In this document: one piece after another, positions 12,882-24,495 of the stretch
How the letters are laid out: each line of letters begins with the position of its first letter
Numbering within the stretch: position 1 is the stretch's first letter
The notes under the pieces: generated by a model
What the model was told of the DNA's origin: nothing
Database searches by the model: none
Seen by the model: only the letters and a program-made list of their open reading frames with translations
NCBI RefSeq assembly: GCF_018350175.1
Contig: NC_058368.1
Coordinates: 224,132,001-224,196,000, forward strand
Direction: 5' to 3'
From: Felis catus
Lineage: Eukaryota
DNA: 64,000 nucleotides
Program-made: the position numbers and the translations under genes

Positions 12882-13440
12882 CGGAATTCTACTCAGCCTT
12901 CAAAAAGAATGAAATCTTTCCATTTGCAATGACATGTTTGGAGCTACACAGTTTAATGGTAAGCAAAGTAAGTCAGAGAAAGCAAAATACTGCATGATTT
13001 CACTCATATGTGGAAATTAAAAAAACAAATGAGCAAAGGGAAAAAAAAGACAGAGAGAGAGTCAAACCAAGACTACAGAGAACAAACTGATGGTACCAGA
13101 GGGGAGGTTGGGGGGGTGGGGGGATGGGTTAAATAGGTGATGGTTATAAAGAAGGGCACACTGTATCATACATCTGAAGCCAATATAACACTGTATGTCC
13201 ACTGGAATTAAAATAAAAACTTACAAAAGAAATGAAATGAAAAAAAGGAAAGGAAATTGAATATTTAAAAATGTCCTTACGTGTATAAATATTTTATTCT
13301 TAAGGGATACTTATTTAAGCTATCTCAAAATTTAAGGAAAAAGCATGAAAAATAGAGAGGGCAGATATTTTAGTTATTTCGACTTGAGATAACATACCCT
13401 GCAAACCCTTGGAATTTGTTCACGCCCTACACTGTAGCAC

Positions 13441-13442
<2 letters not shown>

Positions 13443-13501
<59 letters not shown>
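13443..13501. repeat. (TA)n microsatellite
   Basis: Pure AT run of about 59 nt. Confidence 0.98.
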
Positions 13502-13502
<1 letters not shown>

Positions 13503-13559
13503 TGGTTTGGATTCTTACAATTCCTTTCTTTATGCCTTATTTGACTGGCTTACTTGTCA

Positions 13560-14560
13560 AAAATGGTGTTGTGTTTGTCTCTCTGCTTCTTTTCTTTTCT
13601 TTTCCCAGAAGGGTCTAGTGGTGGTTTATTTCCTCTTTTTATTTTGATATGGAAAGTAACAGTCTCTTATTTGCATGCTTGAATGACAACTTACCTGAAC
13701 GCACAGGTCTTGAGTAACACTACCTTTTATTTCCTTCCAAACTCAGCAGCTATTGTGCTGTTAGCTTTTATCATTAAACACTTCTGTGGGCAAGTCTGAA
13801 TTTCCCCCTCAGACAAACCTTTTCTTCCCTATGTGCCAACCAATACTAAGTTCCTCAGTTTCAATGACATCACCAGGCTATTTCTTGGGACAAATTGTTC
13901 TTCAGCTGTTGTTTCTGGAACACTGTGTATTCCATTGTTCTGAAGATATATTTAAAACTTTATCTCTGGGAAAATTTCATCCATTTTGGATGAATGATTT
14001 TTGTTAATTCTATTAGGTTTTCTACATCACAGATGACAGTAATTCTCATGTTGGAACATCTTTGTTCTCTTCATCTATTGTGATTCATTTAATTGCTTTG
14101 ATATTGGTCTTTTTCCTCTGCATTCACATAATTTTAATAGGTCCTTTCTCCACTGTGTCAGCAATTCCTTTTGCAATGGCATCTGCTGTGTTTTGTGCTA
14201 TTTAGCATACATTTGTTTTTCTGCACTGTTGTAATTTTGTTTCTCAATTTGTTTCCCCAGCTCTCCAATCCCCATTTTTATCTTACTTACCATCAGGTCT
14301 TTACACTTTTGTTTCATAAATTAATGCTCTTAGTGAGTACTTACAAGTCACTTGTGGTGCATTTTCTTCTATTCACTTGATGATTCAGTCTTGGCTAAGA
14401 CCGTCCCTTGTCCTTTGCAAATCATGTTCTTTAATTTGCTCATTTTAATGTTTACATTTGTTGTCAAACCTCTTCTTTTCATCTTGCTAACATGCTGTTT
14501 TTCATACGGTTTGGCATAATGCTCCTTTTCTTCCTACTCTCTTACCTAAATTCTGCTTTC
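13560..14560 (-). mobile_element. Ancient HAL1 / L1ME ORF1-like relic
   Basis: T-rich antisense ORF1-like text (gaatgacaacttacctg, caagtctgaa, ctggaacactgtg, ggaaaatttc, ctcatgttggaacatctttg) resembling recalled HAL1 consensus. Confidence 0.6.
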
Positions 14561-14701
14561 CCCTCCTCTGAAAATATTGCTTGTTGACTCGTGTTGTGAA
14601 CTGAGTGTGCCAGGGAAAGGGGACCGCTCAGCTCGGTGCAGGCTTTCTTGACAGAACTGGTACCGAATGTATCGTGTAATATTTGAAGTCTTGAGAATAG
14701 T

Positions 14702-14922
14702 GGGGCGCCCGGGTGGTGCAGTCGGTTAAGCGTCCGACTTCAGCCAGGTCACGATCTCGCAGTCTCGCAGTCCGGGAGTTCGAGCCCCGCGTCGGGCTCT
14801 GGGCTGATGGCTCAGAGCCTGGAGCCTGTTTCCGATTCTGTGTCTCCCTCTCTCTCTGCCCCACCCCCGTTCATGCTCTGTCTCTCTCTGTCCCAAAAAT
14901 AAATAAATGTTGAAAAAAAAAA
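14702..14922 (+). mobile_element. Young CanSINE with internal 9-nt duplication
   Basis: TSD ttgaagtcttgagaatagt at 14683-14701 and 14923-14941; tctcgcagtctcgcag duplication. Confidence 0.97.
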
Positions 14923-14949
14923 TTGAAGTCTTGAGAATAGTATTTTTAA

Positions 14950-14984
14950 TTAATTTTTTTAACGTTTATTTATTTTGAGAGAGA
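14950..14984 (-). mobile_element. Extremely 5'-truncated CanSINE (tail only)
   Basis: tttttttaacgtttatttattttgagagaga flanked by aatagtatttttaa / aacagtatttttaa. Confidence 0.75.
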
Positions 14985-15688
14985 TTTAAAACAGTATTTT
15001 TAAACATTACTGTCCCAGAAATTATGCGGCAGTCTCGCTAAAATGTGCAAGGTTGCCCCTGATTCCACATTTGTTATAAGCTTTCAGTGGATACCAATGT
15101 GCCTAGTCTGATAATCCTATTTGGAGTAGCAAAGACCTAAAAGGATTCACCACACCCAACGAAGGCAAAATCACATTCCATTAGTGAGATATCTTTGAAT
15201 TCAAGGTATTTCATAATTGACTGAACATTCCTGGAGGTTATGCTTTTCAGAAAAGGTCATCCCCAGTGTGGCCTCTCAGAGCATCTCAGCCACAGCCGTT
15301 TCATTCTGTGCGAGCTAGAGACGGACAAGACAGAAATACCCTCTGTGACAGCTTTTCAACAAGTTGGTGTCATTTGTGAGAATTCTCTTGTATTTGTTTT
15401 TGTTGTTTTTGTTTTTGTTTTTGGGGGGGAAGCTCAAGATTAAGATATACCTGCAATATTTCATTGCAGGGGAAGAGCTGGGGAAGGACGGGTTAGACTT
15501 CCCTTAATTTTGTTTCTGATCTTGATCTCCTTCTTATAAAGTTTAAAACGTGGAATCATGACATTCTCTTCATTTGCTCTATTTTAAATTCTAAATTCTA
15601 CATGATTGATTTTGTCATTAGATAATCTTATCAAGTACGAGGGGACCAAGTTTCAGTGAATAAATTCTATTTTAAAATTCCTGTCGAA

Positions 15689-16117
15689 GGGAGCTGAGTG
15701 GCCCAGTTGGTTGTGTGTCTTACTCCAGCTCGGGTCAGGATCTCACGGTTTTTTGTTTTTGTTTTTTTTTTAATTTTTTTTTCAACGTTTATTTATTTTT
15801 GGGACAGAGAGAGACAGAGCATGAATGGGGGAGGGGCAGAGAGAGAGGGAGACACAGAATCCGAAGCAGGCTCCAGGCTCCGAGCCATCAGCCCAGAGCC
15901 CGACTCGGGGCTCGAACTCACGGACCGCGAGATCGTGACCTGGCTGAAGTCGGATGCTCAACCCACTGTGCCACCCAGGCGCCCCAGGATCTCACGGTTT
16001 TTGAGTTCAAGTCCTGCATCTGGCTGGCTCCTGTCAGTGTGCAGCCCTCTTGTGATCTTCTGTTGCCCTCTCTTTCTCTGCCCCTCCCCCCCCCTCAAAA
16101 ATAAAAATATTTAAAAA
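15689..16117 (+). mobile_element. Older CanSINE split by an antisense young CanSINE
   Basis: Head at 15689, body resumes at 16003; left TSD tttaaaattcctgtcgaa at 15671-15688. Confidence 0.88.
15754..15985 (-). mobile_element. Young CanSINE nested in the above SINE
   Basis: TSD aggatctcacggttttt at 15737-15753 and 15986-16002. Confidence 0.97.
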
Positions 16118-16152
16118 ATGGTTTAAAATTTATTGAATATTAAAATTATTAT

Positions 16153-16370
16153 TTTTTATTTTTTTAAGTTTATTTACTTATTTTTTAGAGAGACAGAGAC
16201 AGTGGCGGGGGGGGAGGGGCAGATAAAGAGGGAGAGAAAATCCCAAGCAGGCTCTGTGCTGTCAGCACAGAGCCTGATGTGGGGCGTGAACTGATGAAAC
16301 CTGTGAAATCATGACATGAGTCAAAACCAAGAATAAGCGACTTAACTGACCAATCCACCCAGATGGCCCC
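16153..16370 (-). mobile_element. CanSINE
   Basis: Antisense SINE body ending agatggcccc; short aaattatt duplication. Confidence 0.92.
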
Positions 16371-16609
16371 AAATTATTTTTTATTGTCCCTCCCCCTCTT
16401 GTTTTCTCTCAAAATAAAAATATTTTAAAAATAGTTTTAAATTCCTATTGAAAATTATTTTAATGTCTCTTCCCTGCTCAAGCATTGTCTCAAAAATAAA
16501 AATATTTTTAAAAATGGTTTAAAATTCCTATTGAAAATTAAATTTATTTTAATTTTTTTCATGCATTCATTCCATCATGAATATATATACAGTTGAACAT
16601 TTAACTAGC

Positions 16610-17470
16610 ATCATATAATGCATATAATGTTTTTTGCTTAAAATAGGTCTTCACGATATTTCTAGAATAATTTATATATATATATATTTTTTTTTTTTTT
16701 CTTTCTAATGGCTTAGTAGTTTTCCACTTGTTAAATTTACCATCCCCTTGATAGTCATTTAAGTCATTTCAATTTTAGTAAGTGTAAATAATCACTTTAT
16801 ATTATAGTAAACATCAATTGTCTTTAAAGAATATATTTCTAGAAATATAAAACATAAACAAATTGTATGATATCATAACCCCAACTCAATTACTTTATAA
16901 TAATAATGTTATTCTAGTTTTTATTTTAGGCATAAATAAGTGAACACCCATTTTCACACCTTTGTCAGAATTATATATCATCAATCTTTACCTTTTGATG
17001 ATGCCAAGTGTAAAAAGAAATGTATCTTCTGTTTTAGTTTACTTTTAATCAATTTGTAATGTTTAAAATAATTTCATATGTTGATCGAAGATTTTTTTTT
17101 TTTTGCATTTTATTTACTTTTGATAGAGAAAGACAGAGCACGCGTGGGGGAGGGGCAGAGAGAGCTGGAGACATAGAATCCGAAGCAGGCTCCAGGCTCT
17201 GAGCTGTCAGCACAGACCTGGACACGGGGCTTGAACTCACAAACCACGAGATCATGACCTGAGCAGAAGTTCGAGGCTTAACCCACTGAGCCACCCAGGT
17301 GCCCCAAAGATTTGAATTATTATTGTTATAACTGTGTGTTCATAATATTTTACTAATATCGGTTGTGGTTTTTTTTTTGTTTGTTTTTTACTTAATTGAT
17401 TTTTAGGAGATAATTTAAATCTTAAAATAGTAAACATTTACCTCCTTTATATGTACAATATTGTGTTTTA
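16610..17470 (-). mobile_element. Ancient L1ME-type 3' relic, interrupted by a SINE
   Basis: Degenerate antisense L1 3' text (taatggcttagtagttttccac, ccccttgatagtcatttaag, acccattttcacacc). Confidence 0.55.
17091..17305 (-). mobile_element. CanSINE
   Basis: Antisense SINE with T-tail; short aagattt duplication. Confidence 0.95.
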
Positions 17471-17815
17471 CAAAATATATTTTATGATATATCAACGTAA
17501 CCAAATCCAAAACTCAATCTTAAGGATCAACTAAATAAATAAAAAGTATGTTGCTTCTTTCTCATAATATTCTGTAAGATAAGATCACACAATGAGCATT
17601 TTACCTGACTATAGCACTCAATATAGGCTATTATAAGCTGAGCACCATACATTGTTGCATGGCAGCATTGGCATCATTTTATAGAATTCATACAAATGAT
17701 TATGTAATTCTAGCTTTCCTTGTATAAAGGATATAGATTAGGGTACATAACTTAAAATTACTAGGTACAGTGTAGCTTTGCATTCCGTAAAATATCTCAG
17801 TTTTGTGTTCTCTAG

Positions 17816-18182
17816 TGTACTAATCTGCTTAACTGCCATAACAAAATACTACAAACTGAGTTGCTTAAACAACAGACATTCATTTTCTCACAGTTCTGAA
17901 GGCTAGAGGTGTTCAGTCAAGATGCTAGTAAATTCTGTTTCTGATGAATGCCTCTTCCTGATTTGCAGATGGCTTTGTCTTGACATGGCTTTTCCTTTGT
18001 ATTCACATGGAGACAAAGAGCACTCACTGGGACACAAATCTTCCTGGATTAAGGCCCCACCCTTAGGCCCTCATTTAACCTTAATTACATCCTTAAAGGC
18101 CCATCTCCAAATATAGCCATACTGAGATTGAGGGCTTCCGCATGTGAATTTGGAGGAATAAAAACATTGAGACCATAATACA
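17816..18182 (-). mobile_element. MaLR solo LTR (MLT1A-like)
   Basis: ctgccataacaaaatactacaaactg...cttaaacaacagac...ctcacagttctg; catttaaccttaattac...ccatctccaaatatagcca hallmarks. Confidence 0.9.
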
Positions 18183-19189
18183 GAGCCTACGCAAAGGTTC
18201 AAGTGCAATCATAACCGTTTAAGTACAAATTAGCTTGAGATGATACGTGCAAACAGTCATCTCCACCACATGATCCCAGTAACATCAATGAAAAAGATAG
18301 ACATGAATGGAGAACTGCAGACAGAATTATTCACATTATAGCTTCTCAGAAAAATTTGAAAATCTAAAATATTACCTGAGTCTTCAGTATGCTTTGTAAC
18401 AAAAGGTACACAGAAAAATAAGTTTGGATTTCATGTGTGTATGTGCATTATCTATAGTGAATTTTACTAATGAATTAGGAGCACTGCACACAAAATTAAA
18501 AGCGTTCTTTAAATTATTTGTTAAAAATAGTTCTTAAGCAGATGTGTTGAGATTTGCAGTGTCCCTGAAGCTTAACCATGCCTTGCTTTATACAAGTGAA
18601 CACTGAACAATGACAATCGAAGGACACGAGCAAACAAGAGCTTAGTTTTCTTTTTCTATTTTTTTCTTTTCACAAATGAAAAGCATTTGTAAGACTATTC
18701 TTCATGCTAGATTTTAAAACATCAACATGATCATCACACATAGTTAAGAAGAGACTACACAAGAGGAACATTTTTCATTTAAAACTACCTTATTCATTCT
18801 ACAATCACTACTTCTTGTAAAGTAGAAGGTGAAATGAGAAAAGCTGTGTTTTACTAAAGATGTAGGGAAAATGGATGCAGAAATATCAAAGGACATATTC
18901 CAAAGCAGATTGTAACCCTCACAAGATAGTGTTTCCAGTTTAAAGAAATACAAGCAAACCGTTGGTGCATGAAAAAGTATGAATTTTACACCAAAGATAA
19001 ATTCTGAAAATAATGATCATTCTTGAGAAAACATCAATCCATATTACTACTCATTCCCATTAGAAAAATATTTAGGAACGTGACCTTGAATTTAATTAGC
19101 TTTGCAATGAAACCTAACAGCCTTAGTAGATATTTCACATAAAATAATGGATTAAAATCCCTTGAAAATTACTTTGCATTTCATAATTT

Positions 19190-19720
19190 TGTTAGTCATC
19201 TGTTGTCTTTCAACTCCATTTCCACCCTTTCTGCTCTGCTCTGAGATGTTGGGACTGTTTTTTTGCAAACTATACTTCTCAGTTTCTATTTCCATCCCAA
19301 TATCAACAGAAGGCTCTAAAAAGGAGGATGAAGAAGGGGAAAAGAAATTGCCTCATCTTTATTTTTTAGTATCCATCCTCCTTTTTCTTTTCTTTCTAGT
19401 AAATATTGCTCCAAAAGAGAGGGTTGGCTCCAGCCTGCAGAAACTTTTGCCAGTCCCTGTGTTAGCCATGTCACTCTTCATTATAGGCACCAACAGCAGC
19501 AGAGAGTTATGGCTTCTTCAGAGATCTGAGCACCAACCACCTTCCCCCCATAAGGGGCTCCTGGCTTCTTCTGGTTTCTTCTATTACCACGTCTTCCCTC
19601 TTTCTGTTTTTTTTCTGGTAGTGTCTCTAGCTTAGCTCAGTTCTTCCTGTTTGCTCTTAATTCTCCTTAAAATTTATACCCATACCCTTCTCTATAGCTC
19701 TCCAATTTTTAACCAAAACA
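19190..19720 (-). mobile_element. Old ERVL-class LTR relic (LTR33/LTR16-like)
   Basis: ctccatttccaccctttctgctctgctctg...gcaaactatacttctcag resembles recalled consensus; explains the 157-aa ORF. Confidence 0.5.
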
Positions 19721-20402
19721 AAATATAGTTGGTGTGTATTTCATAGAGTAATACTATTTTGACTACAAATGTATAAATTACTTAACCTTAGGAAATAATT
19801 ATTATATTGTGAGTATTTAAAATAATTCTAGTGTTTTAAAGTAGCTTCCTTATCACGTTCACTAAAGGGACAGAATTTTTAAAAGGAGGAGATACTCCAC
19901 TGGGATAGAGTTGAGGATAATGAGATATTATATGATTATGACCTTCCTCCAGCTTGAACAACATCTATATATGTAAGGATGCTCTTGGAGGGTAGGGGAT
20001 ATGCCAGAATGTGTGATGTGAATTTTGTTATGCAGACCGGTGTCCTTTGATTTGTGCCCTCTGATAATTTTTCCCTCCTTTCAGAGGATCCCCATATTTC
20101 TACACCCCATCATTCATTAAAATATGGTTCCAACATTGCTATTGTGTATCTTTGTTGTGTTGGTGTATTTCTATATCTCTAGAATCTTTCTTTGTTTACA
20201 AGTCTGTTTTCACCATCGATATGAAACAATTGTCAGAATTAATAAAATGCTTGCAAGTTTCCATTGTACTTACATTTTTTCAGTGTATTCTTCCTAGTTT
20301 GCATTTGTCTATTATATACTCTTTCGACATATTTTTCATTTATAATTTTCAACTTATCTCTTTTTATAACTTTTTTGCACTATCTTAATGGCATCAACTC
20401 TT

Positions 20403-20439
20403 TCTTTTTTAAATGTTTTTATTTACTTACTTTGAGAAG

Positions 20440-20480
<41 letters not shown>

Positions 20481-20594
20481 TCTATCAGGACAGAGCCCCA
20501 TGTAGGCTCAAAGTCATGAATCATGAGACCGTGACCTGAGCTGAAATCAAGAGTCAGACACTAACCAACTGAGCCCCCACACCCCAGGTGCCCC
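20403..20594 (-). mobile_element. CanSINE with internal deletion
   Basis: TSD tggcatcaactctt at 20389-20402 and 20595-20608. Confidence 0.93.
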
Positions 20595-21789
20595 TGGCAT
20601 CAACTCTTAATACATAAAATGTATTTATTGGCCTATTTTCAGTTTTTGGTCCATTTATACTAATGTCTGACCCCTGGAGATTTCTCTTTCTATTGGAGTG
20701 GGCTCTGTTGTACTATTATCTTTATAACAACTCAGTAAATCTGTAAGTCAGAGGAAGGAGAGTCTTCGAATCTGTGGTCTTGTTGATCTTGGCATTAAAT
20801 TTTCTGGTTTGAGCTTCTTTATGTAATACCCTACGTATCATTAACATATGACTGCACCAGATACGGCCAGTTTTTCACATCTGTACATCATATGTTAGAA
20901 ATGCAAAGTAAATCATCTTGTGCCCTGTAACTCAGCATGGACACCTGTTACTACAGCAAATTTACTCAGTTTCTAAAAATAGATTTTTTTTGTTTTGCTT
21001 CTTCCACTTCTATAGATTCTCCTTTTCTGCCAACTCACCTCGATTAATTCCTTGCATTGGATCTTTATATAACCGATGGACTGATGCACTTTCATAGCAC
21101 GTTTATTTTTATTGTATTGTATTTTTAATTTTTTGCATACTACTTATTTTTTTCACATATCTACTTCACTTTTTAGAGTGGCTTAATGGGCAGACTGAGA
21201 GATATATTGAAAGAAATAGATTACTTAAGATCAGAGCCATTGGCATATACTCTTGGTTGTTTTTCACTAACTCCATATTTCAACATGTTTTACTCATTTC
21301 TTTTTCCTTGAGTCTCATTTTTATAATCTAGGAAATGCTCGTATTGATTGAGTTTACATGAAATGACTCTGCATGTAGCCATTATGTTTCTGTTTTTTTC
21401 CCCTCTCTAAACCTTTTTTTCTCCTTGCTTCTATGTTCTATAATTGTTAAAGTTGTGCATTTCTCAATTTCTTCTTGTCCAGTTTCTAGATTTTCAAACT
21501 CAGCTACAGATGCCTGATATCTGCTCTTACGCAAAGACAGTTGTGGTGTGTATTCATCTACAGAAAACTGACATATTTTCTTTAGAGTAACATATTTTTA
21601 GAAGGTTAAAAGCATATTATTTTATTTAAAAAGCAGCTTACTTGGTTTTCTGAAGTAAAATTGAGAAATATAAGCCAAATGTGAGCCAGCTGAGTCAAGA
21701 ACTACATGTATCCCTAAAAGAAAAATACCAAAACTGAAGAAAATGAATGAATAGAAAAATGTCTATTGATTTAAAAGTCAGAGATTTGA

Positions 21790-22001
21790 GGGGCTCCTGG
21801 GTGGCACAGTCGGTTAAGCGTCCGACTTCAGCCAGGTCACGATCTCGCGGTCCGTGAGTTCGAGCCCCGCGTCGGGCTCTGGGCTGATGGCTCAGAGCCT
21901 GGAGCCTGTTTCCGATTCTGTGTCTCCCTCTCTCTCTGCCCCTCCCCCGTTCATGCTCTGTCTCTCTCTGTCCCAAAAATAAATAAATGTTGAAAAAAAA
22001 A
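21790..22001 (+). mobile_element. Young CanSINE
   Basis: 19-bp TSD ttaaaagtcagagatt(t/c)ga at 21771-21789 and 22002-22020. Confidence 0.97.
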
Positions 22002-22462
22002 TTAAAAGTCAGAGATTCGAAACTTTCTTTATAATTTGGGAATACAGAAATTAATCTGTAATAAGTTCCATAGAATACAAACCTGAGTAAAATGATAAGA
22101 CCCTGAAATTATGAGAGATATTTTCAGACTCACCTGCAGAAAGTACCATGTTTAAAGGGTTGTAAAAATTAATTTAAAAAAAGGCTCATCAAAGGATAAA
22201 GAACCCTACTTCATTTTCTTTATATATCCTCAAAATTGACAAGAAACACAATTTTAAATGGTGTGTGAATGTTAAAGAGCAGTTTACATTATAACAACGT
22301 ATGTAAAACATTTAAACAAAATATTTTCAGGGATGAGCTCTGTAATAGATTTTAAGGTTCAAGTGAAAGGCTTGGGGTATCAGAAAAATCTTTGAAAATA
22401 CTAGTAAAATGTTTTAGGGTAATGGTAAAGTCTTGGATGGAGGCCAATTGTGCCAAATTCAT

Positions 22463-22513
22463 TTGCCAAGAACTTTTCTATAAATTATTGCCAAAAACTT
22501 TTCTATAGATTAT
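22463..22513. repeat. 25-bp tandem duplication
   Basis: ttgccaagaacttttctataaatta followed by ttgccaaaaacttttctatagatta. Confidence 0.85.
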
Positions 22514-23302
22514 TTTCTAACTACTTATAGCATTCTAGACCATTTTCAGTAAAATTTTAAGATCCTGCATTATTAGCTGGCTTAAACAAATAAGTGAAAA
22601 GATTGCTTCTTTGACCTTCATTGAAAATTTCTTTAAATAATGTGTTGTACTGCAGCATTTTTTTATTATATTCGTAGGGGCTGGTAGCACTCCTGATATT
22701 GACCTTTTGAAATTATTGAAAAATAAAGCAAAATAAATCTTCCTCCTGGAAATTCTAAACAGTCTTCTATTTCCAAGTGACCTTATTTGATATTTGATCC
22801 TCTCACCTTGCCTGTGACCAAAAGTCAGGGCTTCCCACTCAGCAGAAAGCAGATCATTTATTTTCTTAGCAGGAGATCTCCCCCATGTTATTAATGATTC
22901 ATATAGGTCATATTTACAAGGGGCAAATGTTCTAAGTTTGCTGTATCCTAAAGCAGCAACTTCCATTTTATATAAATATAATGCTAGAACTTCTTATTTA
23001 AAGTAATCAAAAGCAATAATTTAAGTTCTATGACTTTATTTGATGACAAAGGGATGAAAGGGGGAGCAAATAAAAGAAGAAATAGAATCCTGAAAATAAT
23101 GCTTCGGGGTCAATTATCTATAAGCTGTCACAGAAATCCAGGGAGATCTTTTTCAGCCTTATTGATTTATAGTTGACAAATAAAACTGTAAGATATTTAA
23201 ATTATTCATTGTGATGTTTTGATAATAATGTATATCACGAAAGGCTTTCCTTTATCAAATTAATAACAAAGCTGTCACTTCACATATTTAGTTTTTATAT
23301 TG

Positions 23303-23306
<4 letters not shown>

Positions 23307-23344
<38 letters not shown>

Positions 23345-23347
23345 GTG

Positions 23348-23391
<44 letters not shown>

Positions 23392-23400
23392 TGAGAGAGA
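23307..23400 (+). repeat. Compound (TG)n(AG)n microsatellite
   Basis: Direct reading. Confidence 0.97.
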
Positions 23401-23859
23401 GAACACTGAGGCTCTACACTCCTGGCAGACTTGTTACACAGTGTAGTGTTAATATGTCCCATGTTATGCATCAGAACCACAGACCTTATTTATGGTGTAA
23501 TGGAAAGTTTGGATCCTTTTACCAACATTTCCCTGTTTTCACTCTCCCCCACAAAGTCTGTTTTCATACTCTGTTTCTGGAAGTTTGACTTATTTATATG
23601 CTTACCTACTTACTGGTTTACCACAGATAAGTGATACCACACAGTATCTGTCTTTGTCTGGTTTATTTTACTTAGTACAATGTCCTCTAGGCTCATCCAT
23701 ACTGTCACAAATGACAGGACTTCTTTCCTTTTAAGACTGAATAAATAATATATTATTATATGTAATAGTATACATTAATAAATATAATAATAAGTATAAT
23801 GATAAATATATATAATATTCCATTATATATATTTTGTATAATATATACGTGTATGTGTA

Positions 23860-23892
<33 letters not shown>

Positions 23893-24028
23893 TTTCTTGA
23901 TCCATTTATACATTGGAGACAAAGAGTCTGCTTCCATACCTTGGCTATTGTGAATTAGTCCCATAATGAATATGGGAATGCAGATATTTCTTTAAAATAA
24001 CATTATTTATTTTGGATATGTACTTAGA

Positions 24029-24495
24029 TGTTGTGGGAAATCAAATAGCTATGTCCTGGTTAAAGAGATTATAGGGAATGCATTCCAGTGCTTTCTGGCC
24101 ATGCCAAAAACAGCCAACCAGTATCTACTTAATGACTATATAGGGGTTGGGTCCTGCCTATGCTCATGAATTCATTCCTTAGACCATGTTAATGGATTAT
24201 CTTGTCTTGTTCTCCACCCTGCTTTTGGCATCTGCTCTTTTGTAGCCTTGGGAACACCTTGGTTTTTTTGCACACTTTTTATATGTCCTTACTGGTACAT
24301 AGCCACTGACATATTGAGCAATGTGTTTCTTACAATGTATGCCTAATAAGACAGGAACTTGAGAACAGTTTAACTTCCCTCTCACCTCTCCTGACTTGCA
24401 AGGAGTGTTGAGTAATCCTTTTTGCTGTTCTTGGCTTTTCTGGACAAAGCCAAAGGCAGACTCCCAACTGGTACACCAAAGTGTTAAGCCGAACC
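24029..24495 (+). mobile_element. Solo LTR (ERV1-like) inserted into the L1
   Basis: Starts TGTTG; L1 text ggatatgtacttaga / cagaagctgtggaattgctgg resumes on both sides; possible 4-bp TSD taga/caga; about 467 bp. Confidence 0.7.

Larger units (their letters stand above)
6897..13240 (+). mobile_element. Near full-length decayed carnivore L1 (partial 5'UTR, ORF1 from about 7363, ORF2 from about 8872, 3'UTR) with internal inversion 10331-11338
   Basis: ORF1 start atgaagaaacagagaaat; endonuclease motif ITLNVNGLHAPIKRH near 8890-8940; RT motif LFTDDM on the minus strand at 10625-10641; 3' end and A-rich tail at 13200-13245; many stops and frameshifts. Confidence 0.95.

Noticed and set aside
19162..19635. 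157-aa hydrophobic ORF
   Set aside because: Starts at TTG, coincides with a T-rich LTR relic, and hydrophobicity follows base composition
22535..22966. 143-aa minus-strand ORF in unique DNA
   Set aside because: Non-recognisable peptide, AT-rich codon pattern and no bounding splice signals; likely chance, though a BLASTP/PhyloCSF check would be decisive
24468..24490. tggtacaccaaagtg as a primer-binding site after the LTR
   Set aside because: Poor match to tRNA 3' ends I know, and L1 sequence resumes within 30 nt, so a solo LTR is simpler
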